Source: an uncultured Myxococcales bacterium (lineage in GTDB: Bacteria > Myxococcota > UBA4151). From it: a stretch of DNA of 38,266 nucleotides. A model generated the notes under the pieces. That model was not told the origin of the DNA, ran no database searches, and saw only the letters and a list, made by a program, of their open reading frames with translations. Within the stretch, counting starts at the first letter, position 1; the number at the start of each line of letters is the position of its first letter. Both the position numbers and the translations under genes were made by a program. This document shows, one piece after another, positions 17,714 through 26,815 of the stretch. Location: positions 1 to 38,266 of the forward strand of contig CAXGWI010000020.1 in the NCBI GenBank assembly GCA_964013405.1, given 5' to 3'.

Positions 17714-18411
17714 GTGATTGGGTTTTTGGTGCCAACGCCGTTCGCTCTGCTCTTGAAGCAGGCCGATTAAAGCGTCTCCTCCACGCGGGGGACCAAGCTC
17801 GGATTCAGAGGCTTGTTGCCGACAGCCAAGCGGCGAGTATCCCCTGTGAGTCGACTTCTCACCGTCAACTGGATCGACTTGCAAAGGGACGGCGTAGCCA
17901 AGGCGTGGCTGGAGAGGTCACACCCTATGCTTATGCCAGTCTGGAGGAGGTCCTCGCTGGAGCCGGCCCCGTCATCGCCCTCGATGGTATTGAAGATGTA
18001 GGCAATCTCGGTGCGATCCTAAGGAGCGCCTATGCACTGGGAGCGGCTGGAGTGATCATCCCCAAAGATGGTGCCGCCTCCGTGACCCCTCAGGCCGAGC
18101 GAGCCAGTGCCGGTGCCGCAAGTCAACTTCCCGTCGCTCGGGTGGTCAATCTGAGTCGGGCTCTTGAGCAAGCGAAGGCCTCTGGTCGATGGGTTTACGG
18201 TGCCGCGATGGATGGCGAAACAAGCCTGGATGATCTGGATTTAAGTGAAGCCTGTGTCCTGGTGCTCGGGAGTGAAGGAAGGGGGATGCGGAAGAAGGTC
18301 TGTTCCCGCTGTGACCTGCTCTTTCACATTCCAATGGAGCGCAGCTTTGAGAGCCTCAATGTGAGCGTGAGCGCCGCCCTCGTGCTCGATGCTTGGCGCC
18401 GGAGCCAATAA
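17710..18411 (+). CDS. rlmB: 23S rRNA (Gm2251) 2'-O-methyltransferase, TrmH/SpoU family
   Basis: Motifs QGVA, LDGIED.GNLGAILRSA, SAGA, VLGSEG.G and IPM....ESLNVSV. GTG at 17710 overlaps the pyrF TGA. Confidence 0.9.
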   Translation: MSDWVFGANAVRSALEAGRLKRLLHAGDQARIQRLVADSQAASIPCESTSHRQLDRLAKGRRSQGVAGEVTPYAYASLEEVLAGAGPVIALDGIEDVGNLGAILRSAYALGAAGVIIPKDGAASVTPQAERASAGAASQLPVARVVNLSRALEQAKASGRWVYGAAMDGETSLDDLDLSEACVLVLGSEGRGMRKKVCSRCDLLFHIPMERSFESLNVSVSAALVLDAWRRSQ

Positions 18412-18416
18412 GCCCC

Positions 18417-18719
18417 TTAGGGCGCCCCGCAGTACTTCATCGCTTGGGCGAGCATCGCCTGAAATTCCGGCCCCTCCGCATTGAGGGATGCTGTCACAAC
18501 TTTAACGGTGTCATTTTCCGCAACGAGGCGCTCCGCTATGCAACGACACCAGCGCTCCATAGAGGCACGATCTACCCCCCGCTTCACCCCCTCATCGGTA
18601 CACGAGGTCGTGAATTCAGGCACAAAGCCCTTGTTAAACTCTTGACTGAGTTCCTTCATGCAAGAGTCACAGCCGGTCAACGCAAGGCAGAAGCCCAGCA
18701 TCAGCGCATATCGAAGCAT
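18417..18719 (-). CDS. Small Cys-containing lipoprotein, hypothetical
   Basis: Lipobox MLRYALMLGFCLALTGC from ATG 18719. The mature part contains SC...WCRC...YC. Confidence 0.72.
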   Translation of the reverse strand: MLRYALMLGFCLALTGCDSCMKELSQEFNKGFVPEFTTSCTDEGVKRGVDRASMERWCRCIAERLVAENDTVKVVTASLNAEGPEFQAMLAQAMKYCGAP

Positions 18720-18766
18720 ATCTTCCCCCACCGAGGACCCCATGATCGGCCTAAGCCCTCTGATGG

Positions 18767-21313
18767 TCAATCCTTGCGCAGGAACTGCTTAATCTCTCGA
18801 GCTTCTTTGAGGGACTTTAGGACCGCTCGTAAGCCCGGATCCGATGGATGCCGTATCAAGGCCTCTTTAAGGAGGGATTCGGAGTCGTTAAGCCTCTCCA
18901 TATGCTTGAGCATCATCGCTTCATTACGCCAATAGAGCGGTTCATGGGGAGCGACGACTCGAGCTCGATGGAAGTGCCTATGGGCCTTTTGAGGCCGACC
19001 ACTCATATAGTAAGTCGAGCCCAGATTATTGTTGATTTCCGGGTCGTTTGCTCGGTGTTCTAATCCCTTTTGATACCACGTTCTCGCCACCTTCCAACGC
19101 TCGAGACGGTGGTAGCTCAAACCCAAACCATTGTAGGCAACCAACAGCGTTGGGCTCGCCTTCAAGGCTGCCTTGTAGTGCTCGATCGCCTCTAGAAGTC
19201 GACCGTTTTTCCGCTCTAAATCACCCATCGCCGCCCGCGCCGTTAAATCGGGCGTCCCCGCAAGAACCGCAGCCTTATAAGCTTTCCAGGCGGCTCGCTG
19301 CTGCCCACTGGCTTCTAGGGCTCGGCCCAAACTCGTATGAATGCGGCCCAGTTGATGACTGTGCTTCAGGGCTCGCTCAGCCACGGCGACCGCTTCTTTT
19401 GGCCGCTTTTCTTCGATCAATAGATCCACCATATTCCGAACAAGACCTTCTCTGCTCGGGTCGCTCTTGAGTCCCTTCGTCAGCAATTGCTTCGCCTCTC
19501 GGCGGGCGCCCCGCCGAAGGGCTAAAAGAGCGAGGTCATTGAGAACACCCCCATGACCTGGCCAACGCTTCTGGGCTTTACTCAATACGCCCAGGGCTTG
19601 ATCGGGACGACCCACCTGATCGTAGGCCGATGCGATCGCTAGGCTCAATTCAGGATCCCGACCTTCTTGGTATTGAGCCTGCCGTAGGACCTGCAGTGCT
19701 TCCTTGGCTCGACCGGCCCGTGAGAGGGCTATCCCTAGTTCGGACGCGGGGGTATTCGGGCTACGGAAAAGGCCAACGGCCTCGGCACCACGCCCTAGAT
19801 CGGTCAGGATCTTGCCATGCAGACGACGAAGGGCCTGCGCTTGCTCTCCAGCGGCCGCCTGCCCCTGGAGCCCCTCGATGTCCTTGAGGGCGTCAGCTAA
19901 ACGCAGGTTCTGACGCAGGGCTCGAATGCGCAGCAGTTGCAACGCAAAAGCCTCTTTGCTTGGCTCGGGGATCTTTTGGATCACCTCCTTGGCTTGGCCC
20001 GCTTCCAAGAGCAAACGAAGGTAAAGAAAACGCTCATCATAGGACTTGGGATTTTGAGCCTGAGCCTTCTTTGCGGCGGTCAAAGCCTCTTTCATCCGCG
20101 CAAGACGGGCCAGAACGAGGGCCCGGTTGTAGGCTAGACTACGGTCATGAGGATGGGATTTTTCTGCGCGCTCAAGAAGTTTAAGCGCTCTTTCGGGTCG
20201 GTTCCATTCGTTATAAAGCCAAACCAAATCCTTAAGAATCGTTAGATCTTCAAGGCCCGCCTTTCGAAGGACGCTTTCCCCCTTTTTAAAGTCGGTTGCT
20301 TGCACATGAATCTCTGCAAGAGCCCGAGCAACCTCTCTATTTTTCGGTGTTTTCTGGTTCATACGAAGCAGTTGCTTTCGCACTTGCTTACCCTGGCCGG
20401 CCCGAACTCGAGCCAAGGCGAGCGCTTCGACAAACTCCTCTCGCTCCGGTGCCAGCTTTGCCGCTCGTTCATGGGCCTGCAAACTGGCTTGCTGCTGACC
20501 CATCCGAGCGAGGAGGTAGCCGTGCAGATGGTGATAAGGTGGAGCCTTCGGTTTCAGGGCAAGAGCCTGGTCCAAACTGGCTAAGGCCTGGGGCAGCGCA
20601 CCTTCTTCTTCCATCAGATAAAACGCACGTAAGTAGAAAGCATGGGCGTCTTTGGGATCCTGGCGAACCACCCGATTCAAGATACTAAGGGCTTCACCAG
20701 CCTGACCCAAACGACCGAGGGTGTCGGCGTAGTCATGGAGACAAACCATATCCTTTTTCTGCAGGCGACTTCCCTTCCGTAGGGCGATGGCAGCTTCTCT
20801 AAATTTCTCTTTTTCTAATAAAATACCCCCTACAACACAGAGGGCTTCACCATCCTCCGGCACGAAATTAAGGTATTGCTGCCAACTCTGGAGTGCCTCT
20901 GTTTTGCGTTCGAGGTAGGTGTAGGCTCCTGCTAGATTCCGTAGCACTTGGGGCGAACGGGGCAGTCGGACGGCGGCCCGAGCAAAGGACATCACCGCCT
21001 CCTGTTGCCGCTTTGTCTGCATCAAGGCGACGCCCAGATTGTTATGACCTTCGCCATCTTGAGGCAATTTGGCCAAGGAGCGCTGGAGGGGCTGGATCGC
21101 CCCTTGGGCATCACCTGCATGAAGCCGGGCCCGACCCAAGTAACCGAGAACATAAGGGTCTTCGGGGTAGCGACGAGCCAGAGGTTCCAGTTGTTGTAAT
21201 GCCTGACTAATCTGCCCACTGCTGAGGAGTTGGAGGATGGGCTTCAACTCCCCATGGGTTGCACTCGGATTTGCCTGCACCAATAGCAGGAGTGGAAAGA
21301 GCTTCGTGATCAC
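18767..21313 (-). CDS. Large tetratricopeptide-repeat protein, probably exported
   Basis: Repeated TPR consensus across ~800 aa (e.g. GHNNLGVAL, AYNGLGLSY, INNNLGSTY). Short hydrophobic N-terminus and GTGA overlap with the upstream gene. Confidence 0.9.
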   Translation of the reverse strand: MITKLFPLLLLVQANPSATHGELKPILQLLSSGQISQALQQLEPLARRYPEDPYVLGYLGRARLHAGDAQGAIQPLQRSLAKLPQDGEGHNNLGVALMQTKRQQEAVMSFARAAVRLPRSPQVLRNLAGAYTYLERKTEALQSWQQYLNFVPEDGEALCVVGGILLEKEKFREAAIALRKGSRLQKKDMVCLHDYADTLGRLGQAGEALSILNRVVRQDPKDAHAFYLRAFYLMEEEGALPQALASLDQALALKPKAPPYHHLHGYLLARMGQQQASLQAHERAAKLAPEREEFVEALALARVRAGQGKQVRKQLLRMNQKTPKNREVARALAEIHVQATDFKKGESVLRKAGLEDLTILKDLVWLYNEWNRPERALKLLERAEKSHPHDRSLAYNRALVLARLARMKEALTAAKKAQAQNPKSYDERFLYLRLLLEAGQAKEVIQKIPEPSKEAFALQLLRIRALRQNLRLADALKDIEGLQGQAAAGEQAQALRRLHGKILTDLGRGAEAVGLFRSPNTPASELGIALSRAGRAKEALQVLRQAQYQEGRDPELSLAIASAYDQVGRPDQALGVLSKAQKRWPGHGGVLNDLALLALRRGARREAKQLLTKGLKSDPSREGLVRNMVDLLIEEKRPKEAVAVAERALKHSHQLGRIHTSLGRALEASGQQRAAWKAYKAAVLAGTPDLTARAAMGDLERKNGRLLEAIEHYKAALKASPTLLVAYNGLGLSYHRLERWKVARTWYQKGLEHRANDPEINNNLGSTYYMSGRPQKAHRHFHRARVVAPHEPLYWRNEAMMLKHMERLNDSESLLKEALIRHPSDPGLRAVLKSLKEAREIKQFLRKD

Positions 21314-21939
21314 TGGCCAAGAGTCATTCGGGCCATATTTGCACGATTTTCCTTTCCTCGTCGCGCCGCATCGCCACCGGTGATGGGCATGCGTCGATCA
21401 TCGATATAAAGGCCACCCCAGACGATATATTCATCTTTGGGGTGTCCCCGCGTCTGCAAGGTGATCCGATCGACGATCACTTCGCCAGCCTGCCAATAGT
21501 TCGTTGGGTACAAACCTTCGCAGGGGCAATGATCCCCGTGAAGCCGATGACTTCGATTCACCGCATCCACGTGAATGAAGAACTTCCAACTCTCGGCCAC
21601 CTCGGATTTGGCGGTGGCTGCCCCTTGGGGACAGCGATCGGTCGCATCCTTCACAGCCGCACAGGCTGGGTCGGGAAGAAGGCGATAATAAGTGGTGACA
21701 GTCACGGGATCGCCGGGATCCACATTTTTTGGCTCCACCCGGCTCCCCAGCAACTCGATTCGGTCACCCAAGACCACTCGATAGCGGTCTACACCGGCCG
21801 GTACCTCTTCCATGACCGTCCGGTTCCAAGTCAGGCGGGTGCGGGGAAAAGCCTCTTTCTCCTCCTCCACATCGAGGGGACGGGGCAAGCAGGCTGCGCT
21901 TGTCATGAGGAGCGCAAAAATGGTGAGCCATCGTCTCAT
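21310..21939 (-). CDS. Lipoprotein with beta-sandwich domain (GDRIELLG...FIHVD...DH.P..GLYPT..W..GE...D type)
   Basis: Lipobox SAAC. The domain pattern resembles extracytoplasmic modules attached to membrane glycosyltransferases and carbohydrate-binding proteins. ATGA overlap with holB. Confidence 0.7.
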   Translation of the reverse strand: MRRWLTIFALLMTSAACLPRPLDVEEEKEAFPRTRLTWNRTVMEEVPAGVDRYRVVLGDRIELLGSRVEPKNVDPGDPVTVTTYYRLLPDPACAAVKDATDRCPQGAATAKSEVAESWKFFIHVDAVNRSHRLHGDHCPCEGLYPTNYWQAGEVIVDRITLQTRGHPKDEYIVWGGLYIDDRRMPITGGDAARRGKENRANMARMTLGQ

Positions 21940-22913
21940 GTGAGCTTCTCCCCCCGAGCTGTCGCTATCAGAATAGAGATCAAAGACACATTCCGACGCA
22001 AGGCTGCTGCTGCCGTATCCAAAACTTCGGCCATCGCCAACGGGTCAAGTGAGACCAACCCTCGCAACTCCTCGGTCCGATCCCGGTGGGTTAAATCTTC
22101 ATCATCACAGGCTGCATCAATGGCGAGTAAATCACTCAATAAAGAACGCAGTACACGAAGAACTGACTCGGGCATCCCCTGACGATTCATCGCTTCAGCC
22201 AAATCCAGTTCTTGTCCCCCATGGGATGCATTCACGGCCTTTAACCAACCCATGGCCAGGGGACGCAAGGCCTGCAACACCTCCGGTGAAACACTCATGC
22301 CGCGAAGATCCATGGCGGCCAGCACATCGGCTTTACTGTGCTCACAACCCTCTTCGGACCAGGCCGCGCACAACTCCGCCCTCGTCTGGGGTCTCAACTG
22401 TAATCGCTGACAGCGGGAAACGATGGTCGTAAGCAGAGCCTTGGGTTCGCTGCTCACAAGAACAAACAGACATTGATCGCCAGGTTCTTCGAGGGTCTTT
22501 AGGAGCGTATTGGCGGCTTCTTTGTTCATTTCCTCCGGTCGTAAACAAAGAATCACTCGCCAGCCCCCTGCATGGGCTTTGAGGCTCAAGGCACGGCAGG
22601 TTTCAAGAACATCCTCTTTGCGAATGACATAACGATCGCCAGCCCCCTCAGCCACGGGAAGCCCAAAGTGACGGGCCGTGGGGGGAGAAGCGAGTAGATG
22701 AAGATCGATATGGCTAAAGCGGGACACCCGTTGACAGGCAGCACATTCACCACAGGCTTGACCTTGTTCACATAAGAGCCGGCTGGCGAGGTAGAGTGCC
22801 TGGGAAAAGAGCCCGGAGCGCTCACTACCCGTCAAGAGCACTGCGTGGGGCCAGGCTTGGCGCCGTTGCCATCCATCGATCACCCGCAGCAACTGTGTAT
22901 CGGCTTGCACCAT
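21936..22913 (-). CDS. holB: DNA polymerase III subunit delta'
   Basis: PHAVLLTG, degenerate Walker A, zinc module C...CGECAAC, H.DL, EEMNKEAANTLLKTLEEP and LLTTIVSRC. Confidence 0.93.
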   Translation of the reverse strand: MVQADTQLLRVIDGWQRRQAWPHAVLLTGSERSGLFSQALYLASRLLCEQGQACGECAACQRVSRFSHIDLHLLASPPTARHFGLPVAEGAGDRYVIRKEDVLETCRALSLKAHAGGWRVILCLRPEEMNKEAANTLLKTLEEPGDQCLFVLVSSEPKALLTTIVSRCQRLQLRPQTRAELCAAWSEEGCEHSKADVLAAMDLRGMSVSPEVLQALRPLAMGWLKAVNASHGGQELDLAEAMNRQGMPESVLRVLRSLLSDLLAIDAACDDEDLTHRDRTEELRGLVSLDPLAMAEVLDTAAAALRRNVSLISILIATARGEKLT

Positions 22914-23020
22914 GTTTATCTCATGCCACAGCTAACCGCGGCTGACCCCCGGAATTTTTTACTCCTGACCCACCCATTGTCAGTCCCCCCTCTTAACGTG
23001 AGGTACAGGAGGTCGCCGTC

Positions 23021-23440
23021 ATGAAAGTCATCGATCCAAAATCCAGCCTGGAGCAAAAGCGCTTGGTCTTAAGATCAACCCAGCGATGGGACCTAGGGAC
23101 AACCTATGGTTTTCGCCTCCCGACGGGAGCCCTCTCATTTCACCAAGGTATTCGTCGGCAAATGGCCCTCCTCGCGGGACTCGCCCTGGCTCCCTTACTC
23201 TCCATGGAAGGTAAAATGCCTGGAATTGATGTCCCTACCGATCGACTCATCCGGGCCCAACTTGTCGACGAACATCCCGATCATCTAGCGAGTCAACTCT
23301 GCGCTCAACTTCCAGCAAACTTCCGCATCGCTAACCAAGGTCTTGGTCGCTATCTTCTCAGTAGTTCAGAGTTGCCACTCGAGCTCGTGATCCTACCTAA
23401 TGCATCGGCTCTTCGGCGCCTCCTACCCATCCCAAGCTAA
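23021..23440 (+). CDS. Hypothetical protein (139 aa)
   Basis: AGGAGG RBS at 23007-23012. Fills the gap divergent from holB; no recognisable motif. Confidence 0.65.
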   Translation: MKVIDPKSSLEQKRLVLRSTQRWDLGTTYGFRLPTGALSFHQGIRRQMALLAGLALAPLLSMEGKMPGIDVPTDRLIRAQLVDEHPDHLASQLCAQLPANFRIANQGLGRYLLSSSELPLELVILPNASALRRLLPIPS

Positions 23441-23505
23441 TCCAATCCGCCGGGTCCCCTTGGCTTGTTGCATGCAGTCAGGCAGAAACAGGCCGGGGAG
23501 GGTTC

Positions 23506-23949
23506 ATGAGCAGAGAGGCGGTCCAAGCTATTTTGGCCGGCCAAGCAAAAGATGAGGCTTGGTATCAAGCCCTCTTTGCGGAAAGTCTTCTATGCCTTGT
23601 CGAAGACAAGGATCCCAAAGCGTGCACGGATCGATTGCGTCCCCTCGTCGAAGAAGGTCCTGATCAACTCAAGGTCCACGGACGTCTACTGATGGCCCAT
23701 GCCTATCGAGCCATGGGCCGCCGCCGCCTCGCCATCTTCAACTACCAAGCCGTTGCTCGACGGGAGGAAGCGGATGAAACCACCGTGCTGGCGCTGGCAG
23801 CCCTGATCGAGATCGGTGATGAGAGCAGCAAAAAGTTGGCTCAAAGTCGGATCGATCTATTGCGACAACAGGATCCCCCAATTCCCCACCTCGACCTAAT
23901 TGAAGGGGGGCCTAGCCTCCTGGCGATCCAGGAACTTCTGAGCGAATGA
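23506..23949 (+). CDS. Hypothetical helical (TPR-like) protein
   Basis: GGAGG RBS, TPR-like LMAHAYRAMGRRRLAIFNYQAV segment and ATGA overlap with recF. Confidence 0.7.
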   Translation: MSREAVQAILAGQAKDEAWYQALFAESLLCLVEDKDPKACTDRLRPLVEEGPDQLKVHGRLLMAHAYRAMGRRRLAIFNYQAVARREEADETTVLALAALIEIGDESSKKLAQSRIDLLRQQDPPIPHLDLIEGGPSLLAIQELLSE

Positions 23950-25034
23950 TTCGGGTCCATTCACTGGACCTAAAGGGCCTACGTTGTTGGCAAACGCTCC
24001 ATTGGGAACCGGGGCCTGAGATCAATATCTTGATCGGTGGTAACGGTGTTGGAAAGACGAGCCTTCTCGAAGCGATTCATCTCGCCCTAGGACTTCGGCC
24101 TCTTCTTGGTCACAAGCTCGAACCCCTGATCCCGGAAGGACAGGATCACGGCTTTCTTTCAGCCTCCATTGAAAGCCACGGGCATCAACGACAGATCAGT
24201 ATTGGCTTTAGTAAAAACCAGCGGCGTATTCGGGTGGATGACAAACGTCTTCGACAGCCCGATACGCTTCTCCAGCAACAGGCTGTCGTGCCTTTTGTCC
24301 CCAGCGACCTCTATCTTGTTCAAGGCGGGCCACAGGCACGACGCAAGCTCCTCGACCAAACGGCATTCTTTCAACATCGCAACCATGCGGAAAACCTGCG
24401 CCGATATAATCAGTCGCTGGCTGCTCGTAATGCCCTGTTGAGGGGTCGAAAACCCGATCCAGCACTGCTCCAAGTCTGGAGTCGAGAACTGGCTCGCTAC
24501 GGGGCCGAGATTTACCGAATTCGAAAGCAATGTTCCCAAGCCTTTCGAGTTCATCTGATCAAAGCCTATGAGGCCCTGGCTGGCGCTGGAGAACAACTAG
24601 AAGCCCATTTGGATTCGAGTCTTTCTTGTGAAGATCCAGAGGGGAAGCTGCTCAGCCTGTTAAATCAAGCGGAGCGCAAGGATCTAAAACGGGGATACAC
24701 CAGTCTTGGCCCCCATCATGATGACTGGAGCTTTACCTTATCTGGTCGTCAAGTTCGCCGCCACGCCAGTCAAGGTCAGCAGCGGAGTGTTGTCCTTGCC
24801 GCTCGCTTAGCCCTCGTCGATTGGATCGTGACCCAGCGCGGCTACCGACCGGTCTTACTCTTGGACGATGTGGCAGGGGATTTGGATAGCAGCCGTCGCC
24901 AGCAATTATTCGATCAACTCCTACAGGAGGGCGGACAGGTCTTTGTGACCGGGACCGGGGAAGAAACGGTGATTCCCTTTGCCAATCAATCGACACAGAT
25001 CTGGTCCTTACCTGCTCTTGCTGAAATTCGATGA
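23946..25034 (+). CDS. recF: DNA replication and repair protein RecF
   Basis: Walker A GGNGVGKTSLLEAI, plus GGP..RR.LD, RNALL, GPHHDD, ASQGQQRS and PVLLLDDV..LD..R. Confidence 0.96.
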   Translation: MIRVHSLDLKGLRCWQTLHWEPGPEINILIGGNGVGKTSLLEAIHLALGLRPLLGHKLEPLIPEGQDHGFLSASIESHGHQRQISIGFSKNQRRIRVDDKRLRQPDTLLQQQAVVPFVPSDLYLVQGGPQARRKLLDQTAFFQHRNHAENLRRYNQSLAARNALLRGRKPDPALLQVWSRELARYGAEIYRIRKQCSQAFRVHLIKAYEALAGAGEQLEAHLDSSLSCEDPEGKLLSLLNQAERKDLKRGYTSLGPHHDDWSFTLSGRQVRRHASQGQQRSVVLAARLALVDWIVTQRGYRPVLLLDDVAGDLDSSRRQQLFDQLLQEGGQVFVTGTGEETVIPFANQSTQIWSLPALAEIR

Positions 25035-26815
25035 ATCTCCTCATCTTATTGAGCATCCCCGGTCCAACCATCGTCTCTCCCGCACCCGACCGGTCTCCTT
25101 ACCTCGAGATCGAAGTCCAAAAATCCCAAGCTTTGATTCGGGACCTTGAAGATCTGATCCTCGAACACCCCGAAGTCAGTCGAAAGCGAAGCGGCAGCCT
25201 CGGTGGCCTCACTCGTCTCTCTTTTCGAGGCAGCCGCAGCCTGCAAAACCGCATGAGGCTCGATGGTCTAGGGCTCAGTAGTGGCTTGACCGGTCTTCAG
25301 GCCTGGCGACTGATCGAGCCGGCTTTGTTGAGTCATCTGCGCATTGACTCGGGGGGATCACCAGGAGGCCTTACCCCCCTCGGCGGGCATGTGGATCTCC
25401 AGACGACGGGGGGCGATGACGGCCCCTGGCTACAATTACGCAGCGGTTCCCATGCCTTTCGCCATTTCTCCCTTGGTCATCGCAGCCAACGGATCCGATT
25501 CGGGGCGAGCCTCAGCGAAGAACAAGGTGATTTCCGCTATTTCGATGATCGGGGCACCCTTTTTCACCAAGAGGATGATCGCTGGGTTGACCGTAAAAAT
25601 AACCACCGACAACGCTTCAATAGCCTGATGTCGTGGCGCCAAGGTCCCTTCCGTAGCCAACTTTTCTTCGCCCGCCTCTCCGGCGGTGTTCCCGGTCCTG
25701 GTCATCGTCAAACACAGGCCACGGGGGAATCCATTCACCTCAGCCGACTGAGTCTTCGTCATCGACGACCGACTCGCCGCCTCCAACTTTATCTAGGACG
25801 ACGCTTCCAACAGCACTTCGACCCCCTAGGAGAATGGGGTATGACATCGATCCATAATGAATCGATTCATCAGGATCAAATCGGCTTACTGGGTCATTGG
25901 CGACGCCAACGAAAACAACAAAAAATCCGACTCATGTTGGCTGGGGAGTGGAACAAACACGGAGGGAGTCAAGCTCCCGAACAGACGGGTCAACTCAAGG
26001 TAGATCTACACTGGAAACATCCAAAGGGCCTGAGTCTTTGGTTGGGCGGAAAACAGCAGCTTTTGGAGCTTTGGGCTTCAACCACATCCCAATGGGCCTT
26101 AAGCCCAGGTCTGGCTTTTCATCATCAACCCACAAGCCTACTTTTTCGCGTTCAGTCCATGGCTCGTCTGCCAAGCCTCCTCGAGCGATATGGTCGTTCA
26201 TTCTTTCTTCAGGGCAACCCGGAGCTCCGAAAGGAAACCGGATGGGGTATCGATAGCCTTTGGCGCCATCGCTATGGTCGAGTCAGTCTCTATGCTCGCC
26301 AGATGGAGGATCTTATCGAATGGGATCAAAACGCTCAGTTTTCGAGTCGGCCAAGAAATCGAGCCTATGCACAAGTTCTTGGACTCTCGGTCTTAGCCCG
26401 TGGCGCAGGCTTCCAAGTGGGTTATCGATTCCAACAAAGCTGGGCCTATGACGACCCGGATGATGAGGATGCGGACCGATTGGCCGGCGAACCGCTCCAG
26501 CGACTCCGAATTCAATGGGCCCATCGGCGGGGATCCTGGACTTATGGCTTTCGCTGGGATCTCCAAGACGGTTTCTTCTTAGACCGAGCTAATCTTCGTC
26601 CCGTAGCGACCAGTTACCCCCTCGACCTTCATCTGGCCTATGCCTTCACGGGGAGCCCCCTGCGGCTCTCCCTTGGGCTCACCAACCTCTTTGATCAGCG
26701 TCAGCATCGAGTGCACCTGCTACCAGGTCACCATTCGGTCGACCTCGCCTTGGCCGACCAAGCGGGTTATCCTCTCCCCGGACGACGATGGTTTGTCGGT
26801 CTGGAGATGCGCTGA
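25031..26815 (+). CDS. TonB-dependent outer-membrane receptor (BtuB-like)
   Basis: Plug-like DL....PEV....SGSLG....SFRG....Q....DG, barrel motifs R.PSL.E.YG and GNPELRKE, and C-terminal NLFD...GYPLPGR.WFVG. Confidence 0.82.
   Translation: MNLLILLSIPGPTIVSPAPDRSPYLEIEVQKSQALIRDLEDLILEHPEVSRKRSGSLGGLTRLSFRGSRSLQNRMRLDGLGLSSGLTGLQAWRLIEPALLSHLRIDSGGSPGGLTPLGGHVDLQTTGGDDGPWLQLRSGSHAFRHFSLGHRSQRIRFGASLSEEQGDFRYFDDRGTLFHQEDDRWVDRKNNHRQRFNSLMSWRQGPFRSQLFFARLSGGVPGPGHRQTQATGESIHLSRLSLRHRRPTRRLQLYLGRRFQQHFDPLGEWGMTSIHNESIHQDQIGLLGHWRRQRKQQKIRLMLAGEWNKHGGSQAPEQTGQLKVDLHWKHPKGLSLWLGGKQQLLELWASTTSQWALSPGLAFHHQPTSLLFRVQSMARLPSLLERYGRSFFLQGNPELRKETGWGIDSLWRHRYGRVSLYARQMEDLIEWDQNAQFSSRPRNRAYAQVLGLSVLARGAGFQVGYRFQQSWAYDDPDDEDADRLAGEPLQRLRIQWAHRRGSWTYGFRWDLQDGFFLDRANLRPVATSYPLDLHLAYAFTGSPLRLSLGLTNLFDQRQHRVHLLPGHHSVDLALADQAGYPLPGRRWFVGLEMR

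Noticed and set aside
22966..22984. CTGAC-N9-GTCAG inverted repeat between holB and the recF unit as a LexA site
   Set aside because: Spacing is CTG-N13-CAG rather than N10, and 5-bp arms are expected by chance.
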